Of a stretch of DNA of 64,000 bases, positions 1 to 9,591 are shown in pieces. The stretch comes from an uncultured Thermoplasmata archaeon (GTDB lineage: Archaea > Thermoplasmatota > Thermoplasmata > UBA10834). The notes below the pieces were generated by a model, which was not told where the DNA came from, did not search any database, and worked only from the letters and a program-made list of their open reading frames with translations. Location: positions 736,001 through 800,000 of the forward strand of contig CAVRDX010000001.1 in the NCBI GenBank assembly GCA_963719945.1, in the 5' to 3' direction. The position numbers were made by a program, and so were the translations under genes. Each line of letters begins with the position of its first letter. Position 1 is the first letter of the stretch.

Positions 1-423
1 CTGGCTGGCAGGATAGAGGGATGGCTCAAGGAAAAGCGCACGCTTATGTTCATGTTCGTCACCATGATATTCTCGTTTGCAGTCGTGTTCTTGGTCAGAT
101 CTTCGGTAGCGGTCTCCACTCAGTACCTGATGTACATAATAACCGGGTTGCAGGCACCGATCATCAACGCGTACATAAACCGCCTTGTGGACTCATCTCA
201 TCGTTCGACAGTAATGGGCATTGCAAGCATGATGTTCACCATCATGGTCGTGATAGTCGAGGTATCAATAGGGTGGATAGCGTCCATATGGGGGCTTGAG
301 GAGAGCCTATTGATATTGGCGCTAGCGGTCACACCTGTCGGCATAATCCTGCTGTACCTCTGGAACAAAGAGGTCGATAAGTTCATGAGGAAACCGGTCA
401 GACGCGACGCGCCTCTAGAGTGA
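1..423 (+). CDS. MFS transporter, C-terminal part (truncated by window edge)
   Basis: Several hydrophobic helices and an MFS-like C-terminal loop motif (INRLVDSSHRSTVMG); frame appears open from the window start. Confidence 0.7.
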   Translation: MAGRIEGWLKEKRTLMFMFVTMIFSFAVVFLVRSSVAVSTQYLMYIITGLQAPIINAYINRLVDSSHRSTVMGIASMMFTIMVVIVEVSIGWIASIWGLEESLLILALAVTPVGIILLYLWNKEVDKFMRKPVRRDAPLE

Positions 424-577
424 GATTCCTCAACCACATGACTGCCCCTCATTCCGAGTGTAAAAAATGGGGGGAGAAGTGTAAGAAAAGGAACGGTCGC
501 ACCATAGTTAAATGTTACCATTATCAAAATTGATAAATCTAGTCTGAGAGAATCAATCCTGCCTCGAAATAGTCATT

Positions 578-3019
578 TCACTTCTTCGCTTCGAGTGCCT
601 TCTCTTTCTCGGCGACCAGGAGTCTAGTGCGTATGACCGTATCAGAGTTGAGTGACATGCTATCGATACCACACTCGACCAGGAACTCTGCGAACTCCGG
701 GAAATCGGACGGCGCCTGACCGCAGATGCCGATCTTCTTGCCCTTTGCCTTCACGGTCTTGATCACGCTGGATATCATCCTCTTCACCGCGGGGCTTCTT
801 TCATCGTAGAGTCCAGCGACCAATTCGGAGTCGCGGTCCAGCCCCAACATCAGTTGAGTGAGGTCGTTCGATCCAATCGAGAAGCCGTCGAACACCTCAG
901 CGAACTCATCTGCCAGCACGACATTGGATGGTATCTCGCACATGACGTAGACCTCGAGACCCATCTGCCCTTGCTCCAGTCCGAATTCCTTCATCGTCTT
1001 GATGACCTTGCGACCCTCGTCAGGAGTCCTGCAGAACGGAACCATCACTTTCACGTTCATCAGACCTTTCTTCTCGCGAACCTGCTTCAGGGCCATGCAC
1101 TCAAGTCTGAACGCGGCCTTGAACTTCGGGTCGTAGAACCTCGACGCACCTCGCCATCCGATCATCGGGTTCGATTCCACTGGTTCGTAGAACTTGCCGC
1201 CTATCAGGTTGGCATATTCGTTCGATTTGAAATCCGAGAGACGAACAATCACATCACGCGGGTAGAAGGTGGCAGCGATCTTGCCTATGCCCCATGCGAG
1301 CTTGTCGAGGAAGAACTCATCCTTGCGGTCATAACCGTGAGTTCTCTCCTCAATCAACTCCACCACTTTGGCAACCTCGGGTTCGTGAGCTGCACGTTCC
1401 TTGAGCTTGTCGAATTCGATTAATGCGAGAGGATGTATCCCTATGTGCGAGGCGATGATGACCTCAAGCCGAGCGAGGCCAACACCATCGCATGGTATCT
1501 GACCCTGCGTGAACACATGCTCTGGAACTGCGACGTTCATCAGGATCTTGGTGCGGGTCGTCGGCATGTCTTTGAGATTGGTGCGGTCCACACGGAATTT
1601 TAGGTCACCCTCGTAGACTCGACCTTCGCCTTCCGATGTGTCGACGGTCACGAACTGACCGTCTCGGAGTATGGATGTAGCATTTCCAGAACCGATGATG
1701 CAAGGTATTCCGAGCTCTCTCGAGACAATGGCAGCATGACAAGTACGGCCGCCGCGGTCGGTGACGATCGCGGATGCGATCCTCATTATTGGTTCCCAGT
1801 CAGGATCGGTCTTGTCTGTGACAAGCACCTCACCCTTCTTGAACTCCGAAATCTCGTAGGCGCTCTCCAGAACGTTCACCTTGCCCTTGCCGATCTTCGA
1901 ACCGACGGCCTCTCCAGTGAGAAGAAGCTTGCCGTTTCCTTCCAGAACATACGTCTCAAGGATGTTCTCTATCTTGGACGCGTGCACCGTCTCTGGCCTG
2001 GCCTGGACGATGTACAGTTCGCCGGTGAGACCGTCCTTCGCCCATTCGATGTCCATCGGCTTCTTGTAATGGGATTCGATAATGATCGCCCATTCGGCGA
2101 GCTGCACGATCTCCGCATTGTCCAGCACGAATCGCTGTCGATCCGCGACCGAGACTTCCGCATCCATCATCCCGCCCTTCGGTGCATAGATCATCTTGTG
2201 CTGCTTGCTGCCGAGCTTCTTCTCTATGATCGGGTCTTCGAATTTGCCCAGACAGGGTTTGAACACGTAGAATTGATCGGGGTTCACCGCACCCTGAACG
2301 ATCATCTCGCCCAGGCCCCAGGAACCCGTCACGTATACGACCTTGTCGAACCCACTTTCCGTGTCGAGTGTGAACATGACGCCCGAACAGGCCTTGTCGC
2401 TCCGGACCATCCTCTGGACACCGACTGAGAGAGCGTTATCCAGCTGGCTGAAACCCTTGTGAGCCCTGTAAGCGATTGCGCGGTCTGTGAATAGACTCGC
2501 GAAACACTGCTTCATGGCTTTGAGCACATTCGTCTCGCCTCGGACGTTCAGAATCGTTTCATGCTGTCCCGCGAATGATGCACCATCCAGATCCTCGGAT
2601 GTCGCACTTGAACGAATTGCCACGCTAGGATTATCCATGTGTAAGCGTCTTCCTAGCTCCCAATAACCATACTCAATCTCCCTGCGGATGTTCTCAGGGA
2701 ACTCCGCCTCGAGGAAGGCCTTGCGCACCTTGGAACCACGTGCGGCCACATCGCTGGGGTTATCGGGGTCGATCCCCTCGAGTATCGTCTTGATCTTCAC
2801 CTCAAGGTCCGCTGCTTTCACGAATTCTTTGAATGATTTAGTAGTGACTGCAAAACCTTCTGGCACTCTAATGCCGTTGCTAGTGAGGTGCCTCAACATC
2901 TCGCCCAGAGATGCGTTCTTGCCGCCCACCTTGTCGATATCCTTGAGGCCTATCTGATCCAACCATAGCAGATGCTCGTTGGTCCTTTTCTCTGAGTTAT
3001 TGGCCCCCAATGGCATCAT
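578..3019 (-). CDS. ppsA: Phosphoenolpyruvate synthase (pyruvate,water dikinase)
   Basis: VGGKNASLGEM, RSSATSED, SFAGQ, phospho-His motif GGRTCHAAIVSRE, FSIGSNDLTQ, GICGQAPSD. Start placed at ATG 3019 because a TTTAAAAG box at about 3090-3097 lies immediately upstream of the longer ORF start. Confidence 0.97.
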   Translation of the reverse strand: MMPLGANNSEKRTNEHLLWLDQIGLKDIDKVGGKNASLGEMLRHLTSNGIRVPEGFAVTTKSFKEFVKAADLEVKIKTILEGIDPDNPSDVAARGSKVRKAFLEAEFPENIRREIEYGYWELGRRLHMDNPSVAIRSSATSEDLDGASFAGQHETILNVRGETNVLKAMKQCFASLFTDRAIAYRAHKGFSQLDNALSVGVQRMVRSDKACSGVMFTLDTESGFDKVVYVTGSWGLGEMIVQGAVNPDQFYVFKPCLGKFEDPIIEKKLGSKQHKMIYAPKGGMMDAEVSVADRQRFVLDNAEIVQLAEWAIIIESHYKKPMDIEWAKDGLTGELYIVQARPETVHASKIENILETYVLEGNGKLLLTGEAVGSKIGKGKVNVLESAYEISEFKKGEVLVTDKTDPDWEPIMRIASAIVTDRGGRTCHAAIVSRELGIPCIIGSGNATSILRDGQFVTVDTSEGEGRVYEGDLKFRVDRTNLKDMPTTRTKILMNVAVPEHVFTQGQIPCDGVGLARLEVIIASHIGIHPLALIEFDKLKERAAHEPEVAKVVELIEERTHGYDRKDEFFLDKLAWGIGKIAATFYPRDVIVRLSDFKSNEYANLIGGKFYEPVESNPMIGWRGASRFYDPKFKAAFRLECMALKQVREKKGLMNVKVMVPFCRTPDEGRKVIKTMKEFGLEQGQMGLEVYVMCEIPSNVVLADEFAEVFDGFSIGSNDLTQLMLGLDRDSELVAGLYDERSPAVKRMISSVIKTVKAKGKKIGICGQAPSDFPEFAEFLVECGIDSMSLNSDTVIRTRLLVAEKEKALEAKK

Positions 3020-3386
3020 TTGCCCCGCCCGAAGCAGATTCTCGCCAGACGCTCGGTCAATATCCCGCACATACGCAACCATCATCACCTTTTAAATGCG
3101 ACCTGCGGGCTCGTCCAAACGACCCCGAATCGGTCAATCAACCCCCGGCTCAGTCGCCAGGTTCTCCACGGAGTCACTTGCGATACTGGGATAAATGCCG
3201 AGGGGTTAATAACATTTCCCAGATACATCGCGAGACCGGAAGGAAAACGGCGTGATTCGTATCATCAATGCCAGGCAAGTCATGCATAATTATGTGCAAC
3301 ACAATGACGTGGATCAAGATCGCTCTCACCTCGCTGGGGAAACAAATTATGCAACGTTCGCGTTTCCAGCATTCGGAGAATGAGCA

Positions 3387-4490
3387 GTGAGAGTCGCGAT
3401 GCTGACATACAGCACAAGAGCGAGAGGAGGCGTCGTCCACGCCATCAAATTGGCGGAGAGACTCCACAGAAGAGGTACAGATGTACGGCTCTATTCCCTT
3501 GCTCGGGATGATGATCCATCTGCGCGCGAAGGATATTTCAGAGATGTGGAAGTGCCGTTTGAAATCATCCCATATCGATGGCATCCAGACCTGATGACCA
3601 GACTGGAGAACATGATCTCTGCATATTCATCAAATCTGCCTTCGGATGCAGACATCTATCATGCCCAGGACTGCGTCGGCGGGACTGCGCTCATGAGAAT
3701 GAAGGATGAGGGCAGGATCTCAGCACCCGTCTTCAGGACCATTCATCACGTGGACGATTTTGCCGAGCCGTTGCTGTTCGAATTCGAGAAGCGAGCGGTC
3801 GCCAATGCGGATCACAGGTTCGTGGTCTCGCAATATTGGAAAGATGTGCTCAAGAGAGAATACGGATACGACTCGATCATAATCTATAATGGACTTGACG
3901 CAAAGGATTTCGCAACCATGCCGAAAAGGAGATCCACGGTACCAACAGTACTCTTCGTAGGCGGTCTCGAACCGCGCAAAGGCCTTGAGCATCTGTTCCT
4001 CGCGATGGAGCGCGTGAGCAAAGACCAGCCAACCGCAAGATTGGTGGCGGTTGCCAAAGCGGGCTTCCGCGGAGTAGACAATGCTTCATGGTTCGAGACA
4101 CTGGCAGATAGGATCGGCATCAGGGACAGGATAATCATGCTTGAGTCCGTGGAACAGCAGGATCTTATGCAACTCTATGCGGACTCAGACTTGCTGGTGC
4201 TGCCCTCGAGGAACGAAGGCTGGGGGCTTTCGTTGATGGAAGCCATGGCCTGCGGGAAGCCCGTGGTTGCGTCGAGGGTGGGAGGGATACCAGAACTTGT
4301 CAGGGACGGTATCGAGGGCATCCTTGTAGAGCAGGGTGATGTCATATCCCTCGCTGAAGCCATATCCAGAATCCTTGAGGATTCGAACCTGGCAGATAAA
4401 CTGGGACAAGCTGGAAGAGACAGGATCAAGCAGTTCACCTGGGACTCAGCCGCAGACACTGTTCTCGCCGAATATCGACGAGCGATCTAG
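3387..4490 (+). CDS. GT4 glycosyltransferase, MSMEG_0565-like
   Basis: N-terminus LTYSTRARGGVVHA, HAQDC, RTIHHVDDF, GGLEPRK, EGWGLSLMEAMACG. Confidence 0.85.
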   Translation: MRVAMLTYSTRARGGVVHAIKLAERLHRRGTDVRLYSLARDDDPSAREGYFRDVEVPFEIIPYRWHPDLMTRLENMISAYSSNLPSDADIYHAQDCVGGTALMRMKDEGRISAPVFRTIHHVDDFAEPLLFEFEKRAVANADHRFVVSQYWKDVLKREYGYDSIIIYNGLDAKDFATMPKRRSTVPTVLFVGGLEPRKGLEHLFLAMERVSKDQPTARLVAVAKAGFRGVDNASWFETLADRIGIRDRIIMLESVEQQDLMQLYADSDLLVLPSRNEGWGLSLMEAMACGKPVVASRVGGIPELVRDGIEGILVEQGDVISLAEAISRILEDSNLADKLGQAGRDRIKQFTWDSAADTVLAEYRRAI

Positions 4491-5926
4491 GATTGCGCGA
4501 AGCCGTCCATGAAATGCACCATGAACTTCTCAGCTTCTGCAAGGCCGGCGATCTTCTTGTTTCCCTCGACCACCATGTACTCGTTCGGGCTGTGAGCGAG
4601 GTCGCTATGACCGATCCCGCTCATTGTGAACGGCAATTTGAGGAACCTGTTGAATACATAGAATGGCACCGCACCTCCGCTGTTGGGCCATATATCAGGA
4701 TCCTGGCCAAATGCTTTGAATGACCGGATTATCGATTGGACGACTGGCTCCTTCACGCTTGCCCTGCAGCAATCATAGCCGGTGTCGACCTCGGTCAATT
4801 CGATGTCCTTGTAGCCATGCGCATCCAGATGCTTGCGGACGAGCGGGATCATGTCCTTCTTCTCTTGGTTCGGGACGAGTCTGATATCAATCTTGCATGT
4901 GACCTCGTGAGGTAATACCGTCTTAGATCCTCGATCCATGTAGCCGCCCCAGATACCGTCGAGGTTCAGTGTGGTGCTGTATAGGAATTTCTTTATCAAT
5001 GCCTCTTTGTCGTCCTCTGGCAACATGAAGTTCTTCACTTTCATCCCCGACTTGAAAGAGCGTGAATCGAACCTCTTCGCGAGTTCCCTTATCAGCTCAT
5101 CGTCCTCCTCAAGTGGAGGTGCCATCTTGTCATGGAAACCTTCGATTAGTATCTTGCTTCCGTTCTCAGCAGACATCGTGCCAAGCGCATCCACCAACCG
5201 CCATACGGGGCTGTCGACCCAAGCCTTATGACTGCTGTGGATTCCGAACTCCTGCGGACCTCTGCCCCACTTCTTGCCGGAGGATTTGAGCTCGAAATAG
5301 ACAACGCCTTTCACGCCAAGGTACAAATTGGAGGCGCCGTCCGAATCCTGGCCAAAGAATGGAAAATAGCAGGCATCCGCCTTCGAAAGACGCTTCTTAT
5401 CCGTCTTGACATAGGCAGGAAGGTTCGTACTTCCCAACTCCTCCTCACCTTCAGCAACGAGGATCAGGTTCACGGGCGGCCGGCCGACAGATTTGTTGCA
5501 TGCTTCAACAGAATTCAAGAAAGCAGCTAGCGGTCCCTTCGTGTTATCAGCGCCGCGGTTCACGATCGCCTTCACCTTGCCCGATGGCAGCCTCTTCTCG
5601 ACGATCTTCGCTTCCATGGGTGGATGGTCCCAACCAGGCTCGTTGAAAGGCATCGTGTCGTACATGAAGTAACCTAGCAGGGTCTTGTCGGACGAGCCTT
5701 TGCACACGCCATAGACGACCGGATTCCCTTTGGTCTCGATGACCTCGACCTTGTCACAACCGACCTCCTCATAAAGCTTGGCGACCAGTTCAGCGCATTC
5801 AACGACGCCAAGTCCCTCCTGGCTCGAGCTGGGCTGCTTCAGCAAACGCCTAGTTCGGGCAATGTGTCCCTTGATGTCCTTATCGATACGCGCATAGACT
5901 TCCTCGAGCTTCTTCCCGTCGTCCAT
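4487..5926 (-). CDS. M20/M25/M40 family metallohydrolase (dipeptidase-like)
   Basis: GNPVVYG, YDTMP, RGAxNxKG, EGEEELGS, KTVLP, IRLVPNQ, AHSPNE. Confidence 0.88.
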   Translation of the reverse strand: MDDGKKLEEVYARIDKDIKGHIARTRRLLKQPSSSQEGLGVVECAELVAKLYEEVGCDKVEVIETKGNPVVYGVCKGSSDKTLLGYFMYDTMPFNEPGWDHPPMEAKIVEKRLPSGKVKAIVNRGADNTKGPLAAFLNSVEACNKSVGRPPVNLILVAEGEEELGSTNLPAYVKTDKKRLSKADACYFPFFGQDSDGASNLYLGVKGVVYFELKSSGKKWGRGPQEFGIHSSHKAWVDSPVWRLVDALGTMSAENGSKILIEGFHDKMAPPLEEDDELIRELAKRFDSRSFKSGMKVKNFMLPEDDKEALIKKFLYSTTLNLDGIWGGYMDRGSKTVLPHEVTCKIDIRLVPNQEKKDMIPLVRKHLDAHGYKDIELTEVDTGYDCCRASVKEPVVQSIIRSFKAFGQDPDIWPNSGGAVPFYVFNRFLKLPFTMSGIGHSDLAHSPNEYMVVEGNKKIAGLAEAEKFMVHFMDGFAQS

Positions 5927-6024
5927 GTCAATCGAAGGACATTATGACATCTTTCTGTAAAAGGGTTTCCGAAAGACTACCGAGGCCAAAGCCAAGATAT
6001 ACATGAACAACATGACAGGATTTG

Positions 6025-6648
6025 ATGGCCCTCGACCTGCTAATCGTGTTCATACCGATGTTCATCGTCATAGACCCATTCGGGGTCATTCCAATCTATC
6101 TGGCATTGACGAGGAGCATGGGTGCTGCCGCGAGAGCCAAGACTCTGAAATTTGCCATGGTATTCTCCACTTCGCTTCTGGTGGCCTTCGCTCTTCTCGG
6201 AAACGCAATACTCGATTATCTTTCCGTTTCCATAGATGCTCTCAGGATAGCCGGCGGACTTCTATTGCTGGTGATCGGTGTCATGATGCTGTATGAAGGA
6301 GACACCCCCCGGTCGAGGAGAAAGGGTGCAGAGGAGGCGGACGATTCACCACATGCACCAGAGGATGTCGCATTCGTGCCCCTCGGGACGCCCATGCTCG
6401 CAGGCCCGGGCGCCATTTCAGTTGTCATAACGCTGACAGGGACTACGCACATGCCCAACGTCATAATCGCCCTGCTCGCAGTCATGGCAATCATCGCGCT
6501 CATGCTGTGGAAGGTCGACCTCGTCTTCAAACTCATAGGGAACGCAGGCACGAGGGCTTTGACGAGGGTGATGGGTCTCATCACCTCCGCATACGCGGTG
6601 CAGATGATCCTTGACGGCATAACTGGGTACGCGGCATCAATCGCATAG
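6025..6648 (+). CDS. MarC family membrane protein
   Basis: IDPFG, LRIAGGLLL, AFVPLGTPMLAGPGAIS, TRVMGLI. Confidence 0.93.
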   Translation: MALDLLIVFIPMFIVIDPFGVIPIYLALTRSMGAAARAKTLKFAMVFSTSLLVAFALLGNAILDYLSVSIDALRIAGGLLLLVIGVMMLYEGDTPRSRRKGAEEADDSPHAPEDVAFVPLGTPMLAGPGAISVVITLTGTTHMPNVIIALLAVMAIIALMLWKVDLVFKLIGNAGTRALTRVMGLITSAYAVQMILDGITGYAASIA

Positions 6649-6749
6649 TCTATCGAAGACCAACCTCAGACATCTGGATTGCGAATTTCCGACGGGCATA
6701 AAAGGTCCTGTCCCGATTTTAAGAACGGTTCGAATAGAAGATGCAGAAG

Positions 6750-6770
6750 TCGATCTCCAGCAGAGATCGA
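6750..6770. terminator. Inverted repeat between convergent marC and DMT genes
   Basis: TCGATCTC-CAGCA-GAGATCGA perfect 8-bp stem. Confidence 0.35.
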
Positions 6771-6827
6771 GCGGAGAGAATATCTATTCATGCGAACTGT
6801 ACGAAGCGGCCTGGATAGGTTCATCCA

Positions 6828-7739
6828 TCAAGTATGCACGACAGGAGATTTGTCATGGTCGCCTCCGCTCGAAGATACGAGATAGATCGATGCTAGCACC
6901 AGCGTGGCACCTATGATCGCCATCTCCATGAGGCTCTCATGGAGCAGAGTGAATGATATCAACAGAGCCGTGACGACCTCTAGAAGCATTATGGTGGCTG
7001 ACGACGTCGCAGATACCCCTTCGAGTCCCATAGCCCACAGCAAAGTAGCGACCGAAGTGCACGCTATGCCCAGATATATTATTGCAGCCCATGCGTTCGG
7101 CTCGATCGTGAAATCCGCACCGGTCCCCGCAAGGTACGCCAAAGGAAACACTAGCCATATCGTTGATGTAGTGATGGCTGCAGTGGATATCTCGATCGCC
7201 GAGTACCTTGAGAGCATCTTCTTGTTGAAGACGATGAAGAATGCCCATCCCCAACCTGCCAGAAATACCAGCATGTCGCCAAAGAACTCACTGCTAGTGA
7301 ATGACAGGCCACCCTCAGAAGTGAGGAAGATTATGCCGATCATACCTGTCAAGATACCCACGATCTGGATCTTGTTCAACCGCTCCCTGAAAACGTAGAA
7401 CGAGACTATCGCGACAGCGATGACATTGATATCCACCAGAAGCACGGTCTTGGAAGCGGTGGTCATTGTCAAGCCGACATATTGCGCCACGAACGCTCCA
7501 GCGTTGAACGCACCGATCAACCATATCCAGGGATTCCTTAGGACCGAGAATGAGAATCTGCCCATGTAGATGACGATAGCGAGTGTCACGACTGAGGCGA
7601 ATAGGAACCTCAGCCAGAGGAAAAGGACATCGTTCCCGACATAGGATAGACCCCACTTCACGCCAGGAAATGACGTGCCCCAGAGCAAGCTGGCAAGAAC
7701 GGTCAGGATTACCGCGCTGCGTCTGTCTCTGATAGGCAT
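6828..7739 (-). CDS. DMT/EamA family transporter
   Basis: About 10 TM helices in two repeats; LLWGTSF, LRF, FRERL, YLGI motifs. Confidence 0.92.
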   Translation of the reverse strand: MPIRDRRSAVILTVLASLLWGTSFPGVKWGLSYVGNDVLFLWLRFLFASVVTLAIVIYMGRFSFSVLRNPWIWLIGAFNAGAFVAQYVGLTMTTASKTVLLVDINVIAVAIVSFYVFRERLNKIQIVGILTGMIGIIFLTSEGGLSFTSSEFFGDMLVFLAGWGWAFFIVFNKKMLSRYSAIEISTAAITTSTIWLVFPLAYLAGTGADFTIEPNAWAAIIYLGIACTSVATLLWAMGLEGVSATSSATIMLLEVVTALLISFTLLHESLMEMAIIGATLVLASIYLVSSSGGDHDKSPVVHT

Positions 7740-7776
7740 GCACAATCGAGATTGCTAGGGACTATTAGAACCCTAC

Positions 7777-9435
7777 TCATGACTTCTGCGATTCCTTGGG
7801 AAGGTCGACATGGAATACACTCCCTTTGCCAACTTGACTCTCGACCCAAAGCCTTCCGCCATGTGCCTCTACTATGCCCTTCGAGATCGGAAGGCTAAGA
7901 CCGATCCTGTCGACCTGATGAGCTAGGTCATCCTTGGCGACTATGTAGAATCTGTCGAATATCTTTCCCAGATTCTCCAACGGTATGCCGATCCCGTTGT
8001 CCTTGACCCACACATGGACGAGCTTCCCCTCGTCCCTTGCACCTACCTGTATCTTCCCGCCATCCTCGGTGTACTTGATGGCGTTGTCCACCAGATTGTT
8101 GAAGACATCCCTTATGCGTCTTCTGTCAGCCATTATGAGAGGCATTGGGCCGTCCACGGCCAATGTGAGAGTCTGTCTCTTGTTCTCTGCTTCCTTGGTC
8201 CTATCCTTGATCAAGTCCTCAAGGACAGTATCAATCTTCAACGGTTCCGAATGTATCTGTAGACTGCCCTTTTCGAGTCTGCTGATATCCAGCATGCTTT
8301 CGACCAAGGCGTATAGCTTGTCGGTGTTGGCCTTTATGATTTTGAGCCTCTGACCGAACTTCGGATCGAGTTTGGGTGTGTACTCGGATTCGACCAGGTC
8401 GACATATCCTCGCATGACCGTAAGTGGGGTCCTGAGCTCATGGCTCACGACATCTATGAACTGGCTCTTCATTTGGTTCACTCGCTCCAGTTCCTGGTAG
8501 GTCTGAGTCAGCTTCTCGTACGATCTCTCAAGCTGGCTCTCCAGCCGAACCTTCGAGGTGGTGTCCAAGGCGACTAGAACGACCCCTTCCACAACCCTTC
8601 GTTCCGACATGATCGGAGTGGTCTTCACATGGAGATATGATGCCCGGTCAGGGGATGAGACATAGTGCACATCTGTCCTCTCGGCCCCGTGACCTTCCAT
8701 ACACTGCATTATCAACGCGTCGAGGCCGGATTTGTTTATCGCTGGTATCTCGAATATGCTCGTCCCTATGACCTCATCCTCGCTGTCCTTGTCAAGGAGC
8801 TTCATTATCTGCATGTTGGCAGCCCTCACGATTCCCCGAGGATCCATAGACATGATACCGATCGGAGCCATGGAGAGTACCTTCTCGGTCTCCTCGCGGC
8901 TCTTCTTCATGAGGAACTCGATTCTGACATTGTTAACGACAAGCGCGATATAGTCAGACAACCAGACCATCATGCGCTCGGCGTCCGGTCCGAATTGTTC
9001 ACGGCCGGAAACTCGTCCAATGAACAGGTGTGCGATAACAGTTCCGCGCAATACGATCGAGCTCAGCAACCCATGCGCGATCCCGAAAGACCCTGCGATC
9101 CCACGGACCGATTCTGGTATGTCATCAATCGTCACAAATCTGATCGTCCTCGAAGCATCTGCGCCGGAGAATGAAGCCTTGACTTGAGTTTCCACAGGGA
9201 ACCGCTTCATCGATATCGGGGCAAAGTCACCTTTCCCAACGATACCGGTCAGTCTGAGAAAATCGCCCTTTTCCTCGAGGAGTGCCATCGCCACGTAATC
9301 CGCATCGGTCAATTCCTTTATACTCTCAGAGACTGAAGAGAATGCGACTTCGGCATCCTTTGCGGATCTCAGCTGGGCATTGATCCGCTCGACGACATCC
9401 AGTAGAAGCAATCTCAGTTGAGGATCTTCCAGCAA
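7777..9435 (-). CDS. Cytoplasmic GAF-PAS sensor histidine kinase
   Basis: H-box SHELRTPLT, N-box NLVDNAIKYT, G1 DNGIGI, F-box IFDRFY, HGG..WVES.VGKGSVF; GAF-like and PAS-like N-terminal segments; GGAGG upstream of TTG. Confidence 0.93.
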   Translation of the reverse strand: MLEDPQLRLLLLDVVERINAQLRSAKDAEVAFSSVSESIKELTDADYVAMALLEEKGDFLRLTGIVGKGDFAPISMKRFPVETQVKASFSGADASRTIRFVTIDDIPESVRGIAGSFGIAHGLLSSIVLRGTVIAHLFIGRVSGREQFGPDAERMMVWLSDYIALVVNNVRIEFLMKKSREETEKVLSMAPIGIMSMDPRGIVRAANMQIMKLLDKDSEDEVIGTSIFEIPAINKSGLDALIMQCMEGHGAERTDVHYVSSPDRASYLHVKTTPIMSERRVVEGVVLVALDTTSKVRLESQLERSYEKLTQTYQELERVNQMKSQFIDVVSHELRTPLTVMRGYVDLVESEYTPKLDPKFGQRLKIIKANTDKLYALVESMLDISRLEKGSLQIHSEPLKIDTVLEDLIKDRTKEAENKRQTLTLAVDGPMPLIMADRRRIRDVFNNLVDNAIKYTEDGGKIQVGARDEGKLVHVWVKDNGIGIPLENLGKIFDRFYIVAKDDLAHQVDRIGLSLPISKGIVEAHGGRLWVESQVGKGSVFHVDLPKESQKS

Positions 9436-9591
9436 AACTCCGGACCTCCAAGGGAAATGTACAAATTACGTACGGGGGAGCACGTTCCTTCGCGATAACT
9501 GCATTCTCGATAGATAAGATGTTCGTAGAATTCCATTCTGAATATCAACGATGAAGCTAATATAATGAGTATCTAGCCTCATTACGGAGGC

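Noticed and set aside
495-536. AT-rich segment with palindrome TTATCAA-AA-TTGATAA considered as a dif or operator site
   Set aside because: Does not fit the 11-6-11 Xer/dif layout and lies between convergent genes with nothing to regulate
854-2957. Long antisense or alternative-frame ORFs over ppsA (and similar ones over smc, glmM and the nuo genes)
   Set aside because: Shadow ORFs of well-supported genes, with no motifs, RBS or independent evidence
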